Assembly: GCA_963755715.1 (NCBI GenBank)
Contig: CAVWLW010000006.1
Location: 35,358 to 99,357, forward strand
Origin: an uncultured delta proteobacterium
GTDB lineage: Bacteria > Desulfobacterota > Binatia > UBA9968
DNA: 64,000 bases
Reading direction: 5' to 3'
The notes beneath the pieces were generated by a model that saw nothing but the letters and a program-made list of their open reading frames with translations, ran no database searches and was not told where the DNA came from. Positions within the stretch are counted from its first letter, which is position 1. Each line of letters begins with the position of its first letter. A program made the translations under genes and the position numbers. Below are positions 48,693-58,951 of the stretch, piece after piece.

Positions 48693-49148
48693 ATGAAGTG
48701 GGTTACCCGAGCTAGACCGAAGGTGGACCGCGTTGCTTGTCCCTGGCTAATCAAGCGCTTTGTTGATCCAGCGGCCGAGTTTCTGTACGTGCCGACTGAC
48801 CAAGTGATGGAGGTAGCGAAACGCGAAGGCGCTATCCCGTTCGATGTGGCGAACGTCGAATTGGGCCACGACGGCCCCGATTGCAGCTTCGACGCCATAA
48901 TCAAAAAGTACAATCTCACCGATCCAGCGCTTCAGCGACTTGCACCGATAGTCAGAGGGGCTGATACAGATGCCAAGGATCTCACGCCGGAGTCACGCGG
49001 ATTGGAGGCGATCGCCGAAGGGTTTCGACTGGTCTACCAGAATGATCACGAGCTGCTCGAACGGGAGTCGTCTGTTTATGACGCGCTGTATGCCTATTGC
49101 CAGCAAACGACTGAGCAAAACACATCTAGCGAACGCGCCAAGAACTAG
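48693..49148 (+). CDS. Chromate resistance protein, ChrB C-terminal domain only (ChrF-like)
   Basis: MKWVTRARPKVDRVACPWLIKRFVD...CSFD...IVRGAD; RBS GGAGG. Confidence 0.88.
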   Translation: MKWVTRARPKVDRVACPWLIKRFVDPAAEFLYVPTDQVMEVAKREGAIPFDVANVELGHDGPDCSFDAIIKKYNLTDPALQRLAPIVRGADTDAKDLTPESRGLEAIAEGFRLVYQNDHELLERESSVYDALYAYCQQTTEQNTSSERAKN

Positions 49149-49281
49149 CGAAACCTTCGAAGAGACCGCTTCACGGGACGAGGTCTCATGCATGCCACTA
49201 CGGAACAAAAATTCTGATGCGGAACGGTTAAGCGACTATTCGTTACATACCGAAAATCCAAGTAAAGGAAGGAATTATCAT

Positions 49282-50211
49282 ATGGAAAAGAAATTTTGCA
49301 TGAAGGCGCTGTGTTCTGAATTGGTGTTCGGACTGACGGTGCTTGCGTTCGTATCGCTGGCGGGAACTGCGAGAGTCGCCATTGCCGCGCAAGGAAAACT
49401 CGACAGCGCGAAAATCGAGCAGCTTACAGGCATGAAAGGCGAGATGAACGAAAAAGAGGGAGTGCTCACCGTACGAGCTCCGCGCACGGATCTTCAGGTG
49501 ACTACAGCCGGAGTGAAGATGAACCCGGCGATGGGCTTGACCTCATACGCAGCATTCATGAAAGCCGGCGCCCGGACAATGGTTATGGGCGACACTACAC
49601 TGCTCGAAGATCAGGTTAACCCTGTCATGAGTGTTGCATTGGACAGCGGCCTGGAAGTCACCGCATTGCACAACCATTTTTTCTGGGACTCGCCCAAGGT
49701 CATGTTCATGCACATCGGTGGTATGGGTGATGAGGAGAAACTGGCTGCTGCGGTTGGAAAAGTGTTCGCGAAAATTAAGGAAACCAGCGGTGGCAAAGGA
49801 GAAATACCTAAGGCTGATCTTGATCCGGCCAAGACCTCCCTGGATCCCAAAAATATTGAAGGCATCATGGGCATGAAAGGGCAATTGGCGAGCGGTGTTT
49901 ACAAAATTACTATCGGCCGAACGACGAAGATGGGCGGACATGAGGTTGGGAATGCCATGGGCATCAACACCTGGGCCGCGTTTGTTGGAAGCGATCAACA
50001 AGCGGTGGTCGATGGTGACTTTGTGATGTTAGAGAAAGAGCTTCAGTCCGTGCTCAAGGCATTGCGCGGTGCCGGCATCAACGTCGTTGCTATTCACAAC
50101 CACATAGAGACGGAATCCCCGCGCATCGTGTTCCTGCACTATTGGGGCGTGGGGACGACGACTGATCTTGCGAAGGGTTTAAAGGCTGCTCTCGATACTC
50201 AAAAGAAATGA
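49282..50211 (+). CDS. DUF1259 (LppY/LpqO) family secreted protein
   Basis: Signal peptide; duplicated domain with ALHNH...FMHIGG and AIHNH...FLHYWG. Confidence 0.85.
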   Translation: MEKKFCMKALCSELVFGLTVLAFVSLAGTARVAIAAQGKLDSAKIEQLTGMKGEMNEKEGVLTVRAPRTDLQVTTAGVKMNPAMGLTSYAAFMKAGARTMVMGDTTLLEDQVNPVMSVALDSGLEVTALHNHFFWDSPKVMFMHIGGMGDEEKLAAAVGKVFAKIKETSGGKGEIPKADLDPAKTSLDPKNIEGIMGMKGQLASGVYKITIGRTTKMGGHEVGNAMGINTWAAFVGSDQQAVVDGDFVMLEKELQSVLKALRGAGINVVAIHNHIETESPRIVFLHYWGVGTTTDLAKGLKAALDTQKK

Positions 50212-50307
50212 AAAGTTTCGACAATATTTTTTTGACTTGGAACTTACTCTATTTCTGACGCGTCACAGGAAATAGGCCAATTCACCTTCCAGAAAAAGAA
50301 ACTTTCG

Positions 50308-51435
50308 ATGGAACAAGATAGTTACGCGCGAGTGGCAATTCTTTGCTCTGGCAATCGTGAGGCGAGGAGGAATACAACCGCCGAGAATAGCCGATTCTCA
50401 GATTTGTTCAGGGCCTTCGCCGCCAGGCGGATTTACGTTGAGCCTGCGATATATCACGATGATTTTTGCGAGGACGTTCGAGAACAGCTCATGCGGGTTG
50501 ACGGCGTTCTGGTATGGGTCAATCCCATTGAAGGCGGGAGGGACAGATCCGTCCTCGATTCTATGCTTCGTGATGTCGCAGGCGCTGGCGTTTTTGTCAG
50601 CACGCACCCCGACGTCATCCTGAAGTTGGGGACAAAAGAAGTTCTGTATCGCACGCGCAATCTTGAGTGGGGCTGCGATACACATTTATACAGCACTATG
50701 GATCAGATGATTCAAGAGCTGCCTTTGCGACTAGCAACAGCCAAGGCCCGGGTACTCAAGCAACATCGCGGCAATGGTGGAAACGGCGTATGGAAAGTCC
50801 AGCTGCCGGTAGACGCCTTGGCGAATAGCGAAGGCTGCAGCCTCGCTGTGTTGCCGCAGCCTGAAACCATCATTTGTGTCCGCCACGCCAAGCGTGGTTG
50901 CGGCGAAGAGCAAATCACGCTGGGCGAATTCTATCGCCGGTGTGAGCCTTACTTTTCCGCCAACGGCCGGATGATTGATCAAGAATATCAAGAGCGCCTC
51001 CCGGAAGGCATGATTCGCTGCTATCTCGTGCATGACAAGGTGGTCGGGTTTGGACATCAGGCTATCAATGCGCTGTTTCCCGCGCCCCTGGGCGCACCTT
51101 CAACGGAAGCGCCCCCACCCGGGCCCCGTTTGTACTATCCGCCGTCCATGCCGGAATTCCAGACCCTTAAACGCAAGCTGGAGCACGAGTGGGTGTCGGC
51201 AATGCAGCGACTGTTGGAAATTGAGACCGAGAGTCTTCCGATTCTCTGGGATTGCGATTTCCTGCTCGGTCCGAAGGGAGACAACGGCGAAGACACCTAT
51301 GTTCTTTGCGAAATCAACGTCAGTAGCGTTGCGCCGTATCCCGAATCTGCTGTGCCTTACGTCGTCGATGCGTCAGTGGCTCGGGTGCAGACGGCGCGAC
51401 AGAGACGCTTTTCGGCGCGCGGCAAGACGTTTTAG
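50308..51435 (+). CDS. Cj0069-like ATP-grasp fold protein
   Basis: VLVWVNP, HPDVILKLGTKEVL, RVLKQHRGNGG.GVWKV, CEINVSSV. Confidence 0.8.
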   Translation: MEQDSYARVAILCSGNREARRNTTAENSRFSDLFRAFAARRIYVEPAIYHDDFCEDVREQLMRVDGVLVWVNPIEGGRDRSVLDSMLRDVAGAGVFVSTHPDVILKLGTKEVLYRTRNLEWGCDTHLYSTMDQMIQELPLRLATAKARVLKQHRGNGGNGVWKVQLPVDALANSEGCSLAVLPQPETIICVRHAKRGCGEEQITLGEFYRRCEPYFSANGRMIDQEYQERLPEGMIRCYLVHDKVVGFGHQAINALFPAPLGAPSTEAPPPGPRLYYPPSMPEFQTLKRKLEHEWVSAMQRLLEIETESLPILWDCDFLLGPKGDNGEDTYVLCEINVSSVAPYPESAVPYVVDASVARVQTARQRRFSARGKTF

Positions 51436-51454
51436 GTCAGTAAGAGAGATTAAG

Positions 51455-52509
51455 ATGCTGACAGGGTTTCTTATTATCCGCGAAAATCGAATTGCCGAAA
51501 AATGCAAGCTTGTTTCTGCAATCTTTTGGCCGTTTCTAATTTTCCTTATGGGAATGGCAATGACCAGAAATCTTGAGGCCGAAGAAGCCGGGCCGCTGCG
51601 ATTGATACAAACAATCCCATTACGCAATGTAGAGGGCCGCATCGATCACATGGCCGTGGATCTCAAAGGCGAACGGTTGTTCATTGCTGCGTTGGGGAAC
51701 AACACCGTGGAGATTGTGGACCTTCGTGCCGGCAAGCACATGGAGACCATTACCGGATTGCATGAGCCGCAGGGTGTTGGGTTCGTTCCTGAATTCAACA
51801 AGATCTTCGTCGCCAATGCGCAAAGCGGCGCCTGCGAGGTGTTTGACGGATCGTCGTTCAAGCGCATCAAGAGCATCAAGTTATCCGACGACGCCGACAA
51901 CATTCGATACGATGCCGCCGCCCGTCGTGTCTACGTCGGTTATGGGAGCGGCGGGCTCGGGATTATCGATGCAGCGACTGGTGATCAGCTCGGCGAGATC
52001 AAATTGGACGGCCACCCTGAATCCTTCCAATTAGAGAAGTCTGGACCGCGCATCTTCGTGAATATTCCTACATCCCAAAAGATAGCGGTCGTGGACCGTG
52101 AGAAACGGGCGGCGGTTACGGCATGGTCAGTCGGGGGCGATACGGCCAATTTCCCAATGGCACTTGACGAAACGCATCATCGGCTGTTTGTCGGCTTTCG
52201 AAAACCCGCGAAACTTATGGTCTTCGACACAGAGTCAGGCAAAGTGATCGCCAATCTGACAGCCCCGGTGATGCTGATGATATTTTTTACGACGGTACAA
52301 GGCAGCGAATTTACATTTCCGGTGGAGAGGGCTTCATCGGCATTATTCAACAGCAGGATGCCGATCACTATAAATCACTAACAAAAATCCCTACGGCTTC
52401 GGGCGCCCGCACGTCGTTGTTCGTGCCTGAGTTAGGTCGTCTCTATCTCGCGGTTCCACATCGCGGTACCCAAAGAGCAGAGATACGAGTGTACGAGGCG
52501 CAGCCATGA
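51455..52509 (+). CDS. YncE-type beta-propeller, secreted (frameshift near 52258)
   Basis: GRIDHMAVD, DADNIRYD, GHPESFQLE, NFPMALD; the tail GDADDIF...GARTSLF...VYEAQP is in another frame. Confidence 0.85.
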
Positions 52510-52605
52510 ATAGCACTGTCTAACTCAGTGTTCTGGAGCCTGGCTGCAATATTGCTGCTGTCTTGTTTTCCAGCTGCGGCTTGGGGATATCGACCTTTCG
52601 TGTGC
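52506..52605 (+). pseudogene. Truncated remnant of an exported protein
   Basis: ATG overlaps the previous stop. A signal-peptide-like FWSLAAILLLSCFPAAAWGYRPFV appears in a shifted frame, then protein-like sequence is lost. Confidence 0.35.
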
Positions 52606-52846
52606 ATCTGGAAAGCGCCATGGCAAAACGTCTTCATCGATGAGTGTATCCGGAAAGGCATTAGCAGTGCGGCCGCCGACCGGATGTTACAACGGGTTTG
52701 ACTTTTAGCTTCTCTCTGGCAACTATCTCACAGAAGTACCTGACACACATCACGGTCACTTCATTTGACTGCTGGACAAGGCACAATCGCGGTGAGTAGA
52801 ATAAATTCCAACTTAGGCAGATCGGTCGGGAGGCAATTTAAATCTC

Positions 52847-53836
52847 ATGCTTAAAGTCATACCCGTGGAAGAAGCCGTGGGTTTACCCTTGGCTCACGAC
52901 ATCACCGAGATCGTGCCCGGCAAGCACAAAGGCCCGGCGTTTCGCCGGGGCCATATCGTGCGCCAGGAAGACATTTCGAAGTTACTCGATGTTGGCAAGC
53001 GCAATCTTTACGTGATGGAACTGGAAAAAGACGAGCTGCACGAAGAGGACGCCGCGCACCGGCTCGCCACAGCCGCGGCCGGGGCAAATTTAAGTTTGAC
53101 CGATCCGAGCGAAGGACGGATCAATCTGGTCGCGACTATTTCGGGTTTGCTGAAAGTCGATGCCGATCTGCTCTATCGTTTCAATTCTTTGGGCGACCTG
53201 ATGATGGCGACATTGCCGGGCGATCGTTATGTGAAAGAAGGCACCGTGGTTGCTGGGACTCGGACGATTCCGGTGATCGTGAAAGAAGAACTGATTCGGA
53301 AAGCCGAAGCGATCTGCAAGGAAAAACCGATCGTGACAATCCTGCCGATGCCGGCGAAACGCATTCATCTGGTCGTTACCGGCAGTGAAGTTTTTACCGG
53401 GAGAATTAAAGACGGTTTCGGCCCGGTGGTCAGTAAAAAAGTCGGTGAGCTCGGCTCCGAGCTTGAATCGGTAAAGTTCGCGCCGGACGATCCCGACGTG
53501 ATCGCCGGACATATCAAAGACGCCCAGCGGGCCGGCGCCGATGTGATTCTCGTCAGCGGCGGCATGTCGGTCGATCCCGACGACAAGACGCCGGAAGGCA
53601 TTCGCCGAAGCGGCGCCAAAGTGGAAACTCATGGCTTTCCCGTGTTGCCCGGCTCGATGTTTGTCATGGCCTATCTCGATAAAACTCCGGTTATGGGTCT
53701 TTCGGGTTGCGTGCTGCACGATCCGTTCACGGCCTTCGACGCGCTTCTGCCGCGTTTGCTTGCCGGGGAAAAAATCAGCCGCGCCGACATCATGGCGATG
53801 GGCCATGGCGGCCTGCAGCGAAAACACGACCATTGA
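52847..53836 (+). CDS. Molybdopterin-binding protein (MoeA/MoCF_biosynth-like)
   Basis: LAHDITEIVPG, TGSEVFTG...D.F, GGMSVDPDD.TP, PVLPGSM. Confidence 0.88.
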   Translation: MLKVIPVEEAVGLPLAHDITEIVPGKHKGPAFRRGHIVRQEDISKLLDVGKRNLYVMELEKDELHEEDAAHRLATAAAGANLSLTDPSEGRINLVATISGLLKVDADLLYRFNSLGDLMMATLPGDRYVKEGTVVAGTRTIPVIVKEELIRKAEAICKEKPIVTILPMPAKRIHLVVTGSEVFTGRIKDGFGPVVSKKVGELGSELESVKFAPDDPDVIAGHIKDAQRAGADVILVSGGMSVDPDDKTPEGIRRSGAKVETHGFPVLPGSMFVMAYLDKTPVMGLSGCVLHDPFTAFDALLPRLLAGEKISRADIMAMGHGGLQRKHDH

Positions 53837-53896
53837 AAAAATTGAAAATTGAAAATGGATAATTTCTGCCCGCGATTTAAACAGACGAGGTGAACC

Positions 53897-54547
53897 GTGG
53901 ATATCTTACGAAGCTTAAAAGAACGGTGCGATCCTAAGTACGCGGCGCTAATTGTCGTCGATGTGCAAAATGATTTTGTCAGTCCGCAAGGCAGCGCCGC
54001 CAAGCGCGGCGAGGATGTCAGCGCCGCGATGGCGATGGTGCCCAATCTGCGCCGGCTCATCGACGAAGCCCGACGCGTGGGATTGACGATCGTATACATC
54101 AGGACGACTCACAGCGAGTGGACGGACACGCCGTCGTGGGTTTATCGCACTTCGCAAAAAGGCGGCTTGAGCACCTGCCGCGAGGGCACCTGGGGCGCCG
54201 AACTTTATGAGGGAATTTCCCCATTGCCCAGTGAACGTTTGGTGATCAAGCATCGCTACAGCGCGTTTATCAATACCGATCTCAACACCGTGCTCAAAGC
54301 GCGCAACATTCAGAGCGTGCTGGTGTGCGGCGTTGCCACCAACGTATGTGTCGAGACGACGGCGCGGGACGGCTACATGTACGACTACTACGTCACCATG
54401 ATCGATGATTGCTCGGCGGCCTACGAAGCCAAGTTACATCTGGGCACCTTGGAAAATATCCGGCGCCATTTCGGTCTGGTGGCCTCGTCACAGGAAATCA
54501 TCGACTCTTGGCACGACCTGCCGGCGAAACAGGCGGCGGGGCTTTAG
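53897..54547 (+). CDS. Cysteine hydrolase (RutB/isochorismatase family)
   Basis: ALIVVDVQNDF, KHRYSAF, GVATNVCVETTAR. Confidence 0.9.
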   Translation: MDILRSLKERCDPKYAALIVVDVQNDFVSPQGSAAKRGEDVSAAMAMVPNLRRLIDEARRVGLTIVYIRTTHSEWTDTPSWVYRTSQKGGLSTCREGTWGAELYEGISPLPSERLVIKHRYSAFINTDLNTVLKARNIQSVLVCGVATNVCVETTARDGYMYDYYVTMIDDCSAAYEAKLHLGTLENIRRHFGLVASSQEIIDSWHDLPAKQAAGL

Positions 54548-54577
54548 CTCAAGAGCGAGAGGTGAAGCGGGTCTAAT

Positions 54578-54616
54578 AAAAAAAGCCTGGCAGGATTCCT
54601 GCCAGGCTTTTTCTTT
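54578..54616. terminator. Bidirectional intrinsic terminator
   Basis: AAAAAAA-GCCTGGCAGG-att-CCTGCCAGGC-TTTTT between convergent genes. Confidence 0.9.
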
Positions 54617-54636
54617 GAAGAACGATCAAGCTTAGA

Positions 54637-55665
54637 TTACTTCATCATGTCCGCGTTGATTCTTTCCAAGGCTTCCGGCGGCGGTTGCAGATCATTCTGG
54701 CCGAGCTCCGAAAGCGGGATGTCGCAAAGATTTAGTTCCTCGGCGAACTCTTTGCGGTTCGGATTGTAATAAATTATACCGGTTAAGAATTTCCCCTCGG
54801 CGATGGCGCCGTGGATCGCCTGGATCGCCTGCGCCTTACTCGTCGGATCGTAATCTTTGCCGAGCTTGTGCAGAATAATGTGCGATCCGTCGTGCATGGT
54901 TACCTCGTGATCGGTACCTTCGTCGTAATCGGCTTCGATGTTTTCATAGGGCGGGATGAAGTCGAGATCGTGGATCGGATCGAGATGGCCTTTGACGTAT
55001 TTCAGACTCTTGGTCGACCCTTCATGGTTATTAAACGTCACACATGGGCTGATGACATCTAAAATCGCACTGCCCCGATGCGCGAGCGCGCCTTGCACCA
55101 TCGGCGTGAGTTGTTTGCGGTCGCCGGAGAAGCTCCGCGCGACGTATGTGGCACCGAGCGTGATCGCTAGCTCGGCCAAGTCGATGGCCGGGATGTCGTT
55201 GACTTTTCCACCCTTCATCACCGAACCCACATCTGCCGTGGCGGAAAACTGGCCTTTGGTCAAGCCGTAGACGCCGTTGTTTTCGATGATGTAAGTGATG
55301 TTCACGTTGCGTCGCATCATGTGGCAAAAATTGCCCAGACCGATGGCTGAGGTATCACCGTCGCCCGATACTCCGATGGGCAACAGCGAATGATTCGCCA
55401 GATTGGCGCCGGTCGCGACTGCCGACATCCGGCCGTGAACGGCATTGAAGCCGAATGACTGGCTCAAAAAATACGCCGGAGTTTTAGACGAGCAGCCGAT
55501 GCCGCTTAGTTTAACAACTTTGCGCGGATCAATGCTGCTTTCGTAGTAGGCGCGCTGCACCGACGCCGATATCGCGTCATGACCGCAGCCCCGACACATC
55601 GTCGAAGGGGCGCCGTCGTAATCTTTTTCCACTAAATTGAGACGATTGGGCTTTGTTTCTGCCAT
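54637..55665 (-). CDS. korB: 2-oxoacid:ferredoxin oxidoreductase beta subunit
   Basis: CRGCGH, GIGCSSK, HGR, GDGD, NNGVYGLTKGQ.S.T, SPCVTFN. Confidence 0.9.
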   Translation of the reverse strand: MAETKPNRLNLVEKDYDGAPSTMCRGCGHDAISASVQRAYYESSIDPRKVVKLSGIGCSSKTPAYFLSQSFGFNAVHGRMSAVATGANLANHSLLPIGVSGDGDTSAIGLGNFCHMMRRNVNITYIIENNGVYGLTKGQFSATADVGSVMKGGKVNDIPAIDLAELAITLGATYVARSFSGDRKQLTPMVQGALAHRGSAILDVISPCVTFNNHEGSTKSLKYVKGHLDPIHDLDFIPPYENIEADYDEGTDHEVTMHDGSHIILHKLGKDYDPTSKAQAIQAIHGAIAEGKFLTGIIYYNPNRKEFAEELNLCDIPLSELGQNDLQPPPEALERINADMMK

Positions 55666-55677
55666 TTTTCTTTTCCT

Positions 55678-57498
55678 CTACGCAGTTTTTGCCGACTGAG
55701 CGGCAGCGAAAATTTGGTTGACGACTTCGAGCGGCGTCGCCGGCAAGCCGTTGTAAATTAACACGCTGACGATCTTGGCGCCCAGCTCGGGAGATTCATC
55801 CTTGATAATCGCCGCCATCTGACCGTCGCGATTCTGCTCGACAAGATAAATCGTGTCGTGTTCCGCCAAGAAATCCCTGACCTCGCTCGTCAACGGCAAG
55901 GCGCGAATCAGCATGTGGTTGGTTCTCAGTCCCCGAGCTTTCAATCTGTCGCGCGCCTCGCGCACTGGCTCATAGCTCGAGCCGTAACAAATAATGCCGG
56001 TCCTGACACCTTTTTCCTTTTCGATGATCGGTTTGGGAACGAATTTGCGCGCGGTGTCAAATTTTTTGCGCAAGCGGTCGAGAATGTATTTGTAGTCGTG
56101 CTCATCTTCAGAATACCTTGCATCGGCATCATGGCCCGATCCGCGCGTGAAATAGGACGCCATCCGATGCTCATTGCCGGGCACGGTGCGATAGGGAATG
56201 CCGTCGCCGTCTTGATCGAAGTAGCGGCGGAATTTTTTGCCGGCTTTCGTCCACTCTTCCAGCTGTTCGGCGTCCAGCCGTTTGCCATAATCGAAAGGTT
56301 CCTGGTTCAATTTAAGCGGCTCAGACGACCACATGTTCATGCCAAGATCGAGGTCCATGGCCACGAATACCGGGGTTTGGAAGCGATCGGCGTAATTAAA
56401 GCTCTGGCGGGCGAAATCAAAACAGGAATTCATGTCATGAGGAATTAAAATTATGTGGCGAGTGTCGCCGTGAGAGGCGCCGTACATCAGTGAAATATCC
56501 GACTGCTGCGTTCTCGTCGGCAGTCCGGTCGATGGCCCGCCGCGTTGGATAATAAAAAAGACCGAAGGAATTTCGGCGTAGTAAGCTAAGCCGATGGTCT
56601 CGTTCATCAACGAGACGCCAGGGCCGGAAGTCGAAGTCATAGCGCGCGCGCCAGCCCAGCCCGCGCCGACGACCATTCCCGCCGAAGCAATTTCGTCCTC
56701 CGCCTGGACGATCGCATAGGGTTTTTTGCCGTCGATCTGTTTGCGCAATCTCGGCAAGTAATATTCCATCGCTTCAGCGAGCGAACTCGAAGGCGTGATC
56801 GGGTACCAGCAAATGACCGAAGCGCCGCCGTAAATGGCGCCAAGCGCGGCCGCGGTGTTGCCTTCGGTAATGATTTTCCCTTTGTTGCCATTAGGAATCG
56901 TCTCGAAGCGAGCGATGCTCTGCTTGTAACCCTGTTCCTTGCAGTACTGATAGCCGGCGTCGATACAAATCAAATTGGATTCGATCACCGCGGGTTTTTT
57001 GCCGAAAGTGTCTTCCAGGACCGCCTTGATGACCGACATGTCTATGCCGAACAGGTAGGCCAATGCGCCGACATACACCATGTTACGCTGCTTGGCGCGC
57101 AGCGGCGATGCGGGAACAAGCTTGGCGACCAACTTGTTTGCCGGAAAACCGATATACTGGACGCCGTCTCGTTTTAAATTTGCCGCTAAGGGCGTGGAAT
57201 CATCATAGAGAATCAAACCGCCGTCGCGGACGCGATAAACATCCTTCGCCGCCGTCGGTTCGTTGAACATGACCATCACATCGATGACATCTTTGCGACT
57301 CAAATATCCTTCCGCCGATGCGCGAATCTGGTACCAGGTGGGCAATCCCTGAATATTGGACGGGAACATGTTCTTGGAAGAACAAGGAATGCCCATTTTA
57401 AAAATCGCCTTAAAGAGAATGTTGTTCGATGACGCGCTGCCTGAACCATTTTCAGTCGCGACGCAAATATTTAAGTCGTTGATTGCCGGTGTATCCAA
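55678..57498 (-). CDS. korA: 2-oxoacid:acceptor oxidoreductase alpha subunit
   Basis: NGSGS, YPITPSS, QAEDE, TSGPG, QRGGPSTGLPT. Confidence 0.9.
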   Translation of the reverse strand: MDTPAINDLNICVATENGSGSASSNNILFKAIFKMGIPCSSKNMFPSNIQGLPTWYQIRASAEGYLSRKDVIDVMVMFNEPTAAKDVYRVRDGGLILYDDSTPLAANLKRDGVQYIGFPANKLVAKLVPASPLRAKQRNMVYVGALAYLFGIDMSVIKAVLEDTFGKKPAVIESNLICIDAGYQYCKEQGYKQSIARFETIPNGNKGKIITEGNTAAALGAIYGGASVICWYPITPSSSLAEAMEYYLPRLRKQIDGKKPYAIVQAEDEIASAGMVVGAGWAGARAMTSTSGPGVSLMNETIGLAYYAEIPSVFFIIQRGGPSTGLPTRTQQSDISLMYGASHGDTRHIILIPHDMNSCFDFARQSFNYADRFQTPVFVAMDLDLGMNMWSSEPLKLNQEPFDYGKRLDAEQLEEWTKAGKKFRRYFDQDGDGIPYRTVPGNEHRMASYFTRGSGHDADARYSEDEHDYKYILDRLRKKFDTARKFVPKPIIEKEKGVRTGIICYGSSYEPVREARDRLKARGLRTNHMLIRALPLTSEVRDFLAEHDTIYLVEQNRDGQMAAIIKDESPELGAKIVSVLIYNGLPATPLEVVNQIFAAAQSAKTA

Positions 57499-57577
57499 AA
57501 TCCGCCTCCTTCAAATCGTATCTAGACAACACTCAAAGTTTAACATGTTCGCCTTGAAATACAACGTTTTATAGAGC

Positions 57578-58438
57578 TCAGCCCGGCGTGTATTGATCCT
57601 CTGAGTCGAGATACTCGGCGACTTCTTTCCAACTGCGGCGGACCTGTTCGTCGATATTAAATGCACGCGCGAATTGAAGAATTTCCGGCATGGCGACGAG
57701 CCCGGTTATTTCTTCACCCGCGCCCCTAACCGGCATATTTCTGATATCGCGATGATACATTTCGGCCAATACGTCGCCGACCAGCGCCGCAGCAGGCATA
57801 CTAATCATCGGCGTGGTCATGACTTGTTTAATTGGGGTTTCCTTACCTTTAATTTCCTTAATGGCCACTCGTTTGAGCACGTCGCGCTCGGTGAAGATGC
57901 CACTCGGTTTGCCTGACGCGGTGACGATCACCGCGGTAACGCCTTTGTCGTTCATCAGTTCGATGGTCTCATGCACCGTAGCCAATTGATCCACTGTCAC
58001 AAGGTCCGCCGTGGCGATCTCACCTAGGTTTTTCGTCTCGCTCAGCCCCTGGCCAAGCTCCACCGCCAAGTTGAGGATGCGCCGCATGGAGACGATCCCG
58101 ATGATTTTACCGCGCCGGCCGCGCACCAATAGATGGCGATACTTGCCGCGATACATTCTGCCGAAGGCATCGATGATGTGGGTTTCTTCGCGGACGGCCC
58201 GGATCGGCGCCGTCATGACTTTTTTTATCGCGGTTTTGCGCGCTTGGACATCACTGTTGACCACCCGTTTTAAGACGTCCTTCTCGGTGAAAATTCCCAC
58301 CGGCACGTCATCATCGGTGACGATAATGCGTCCGACGTCCTCGGCCACCATTTTTTCCATGACCTCGAAAACCGACGCGGTCACAGCGGCCGTGATGAGA
58401 TGGGTGGTCATGATCTCGCTGACTTTGTTGGAAAGCAT
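57578..58438 (-). CDS. Four-CBS-domain protein
   Basis: Internal duplication GIFTEKDVLKRV / GIFTERDVLKRV. Confidence 0.88.
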   Translation of the reverse strand: MLSNKVSEIMTTHLITAAVTASVFEVMEKMVAEDVGRIIVTDDDVPVGIFTEKDVLKRVVNSDVQARKTAIKKVMTAPIRAVREETHIIDAFGRMYRGKYRHLLVRGRRGKIIGIVSMRRILNLAVELGQGLSETKNLGEIATADLVTVDQLATVHETIELMNDKGVTAVIVTASGKPSGIFTERDVLKRVAIKEIKGKETPIKQVMTTPMISMPAAALVGDVLAEMYHRDIRNMPVRGAGEEITGLVAMPEILQFARAFNIDEQVRRSWKEVAEYLDSEDQYTPG

Positions 58439-58635
58439 AGGGCACCTCCATGGATTTGCTCAGACGTTCACCGGGAGCCGAGAAATGTCAGTCCGATAAA
58501 GCTAGGTTATTATAACATCGCGCGAGCCGTTAGTTAAAAGGATTACGAAGTCGACTCCTAGCGAGGGCGCGGATTGCGACTCGGTGCGACGCCATGTTAG
58601 ATTTAAAGCCACTCCCAGGGGAATAAAGGTCCGTT

Positions 58636-58950
58636 ATGAGCCGAAGGGAAACCGAATCTGAACACGGGTTAGTCACCGAGACCCAAAAAAAGGTAAAGCG
58701 CCCTCCCCTATATAAAGTTCTCCTGCATAACGACGATTACACTACTAAAGAGTTCGTTGTGCAGATTCTGCAATATGTTTTTCATAAAGAGCAGACCGAA
58801 GCGGTTCAGATCATGCTCCACGTGCACAAGAAAGGCATAGGCGTCGCCGGCGTTTATACTTATGAAATCGCCGAAACCAAAGTGGCGCTGGTTGAGGATC
58901 TTGCGCGCCAGCATGAATATCCGCTGAAATGCACAATGGAAGAGGCTTAG
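58636..58950 (+). CDS. clpS: ATP-dependent Clp protease adaptor
   Basis: YKVLLHNDDYT, MLHVHKKG, YPLKCTME; upstream of clpA. Confidence 0.95.
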   Translation: MSRRETESEHGLVTETQKKVKRPPLYKVLLHNDDYTTKEFVVQILQYVFHKEQTEAVQIMLHVHKKGIGVAGVYTYEIAETKVALVEDLARQHEYPLKCTMEEA

Positions 58951-58951
58951 A

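Noticed and set aside
3720-52509. Programmed ribosomal frameshifting in the split genes
   Set aside because: There is no shared slippery motif, the families are not known to be recoded, and the pattern fits sequencing indels.
52690-52846. Moco riboswitch upstream of the molybdopterin-binding gene (also checked before moaA)
   Set aside because: No recognisable conserved motif; a covariance search would be needed.
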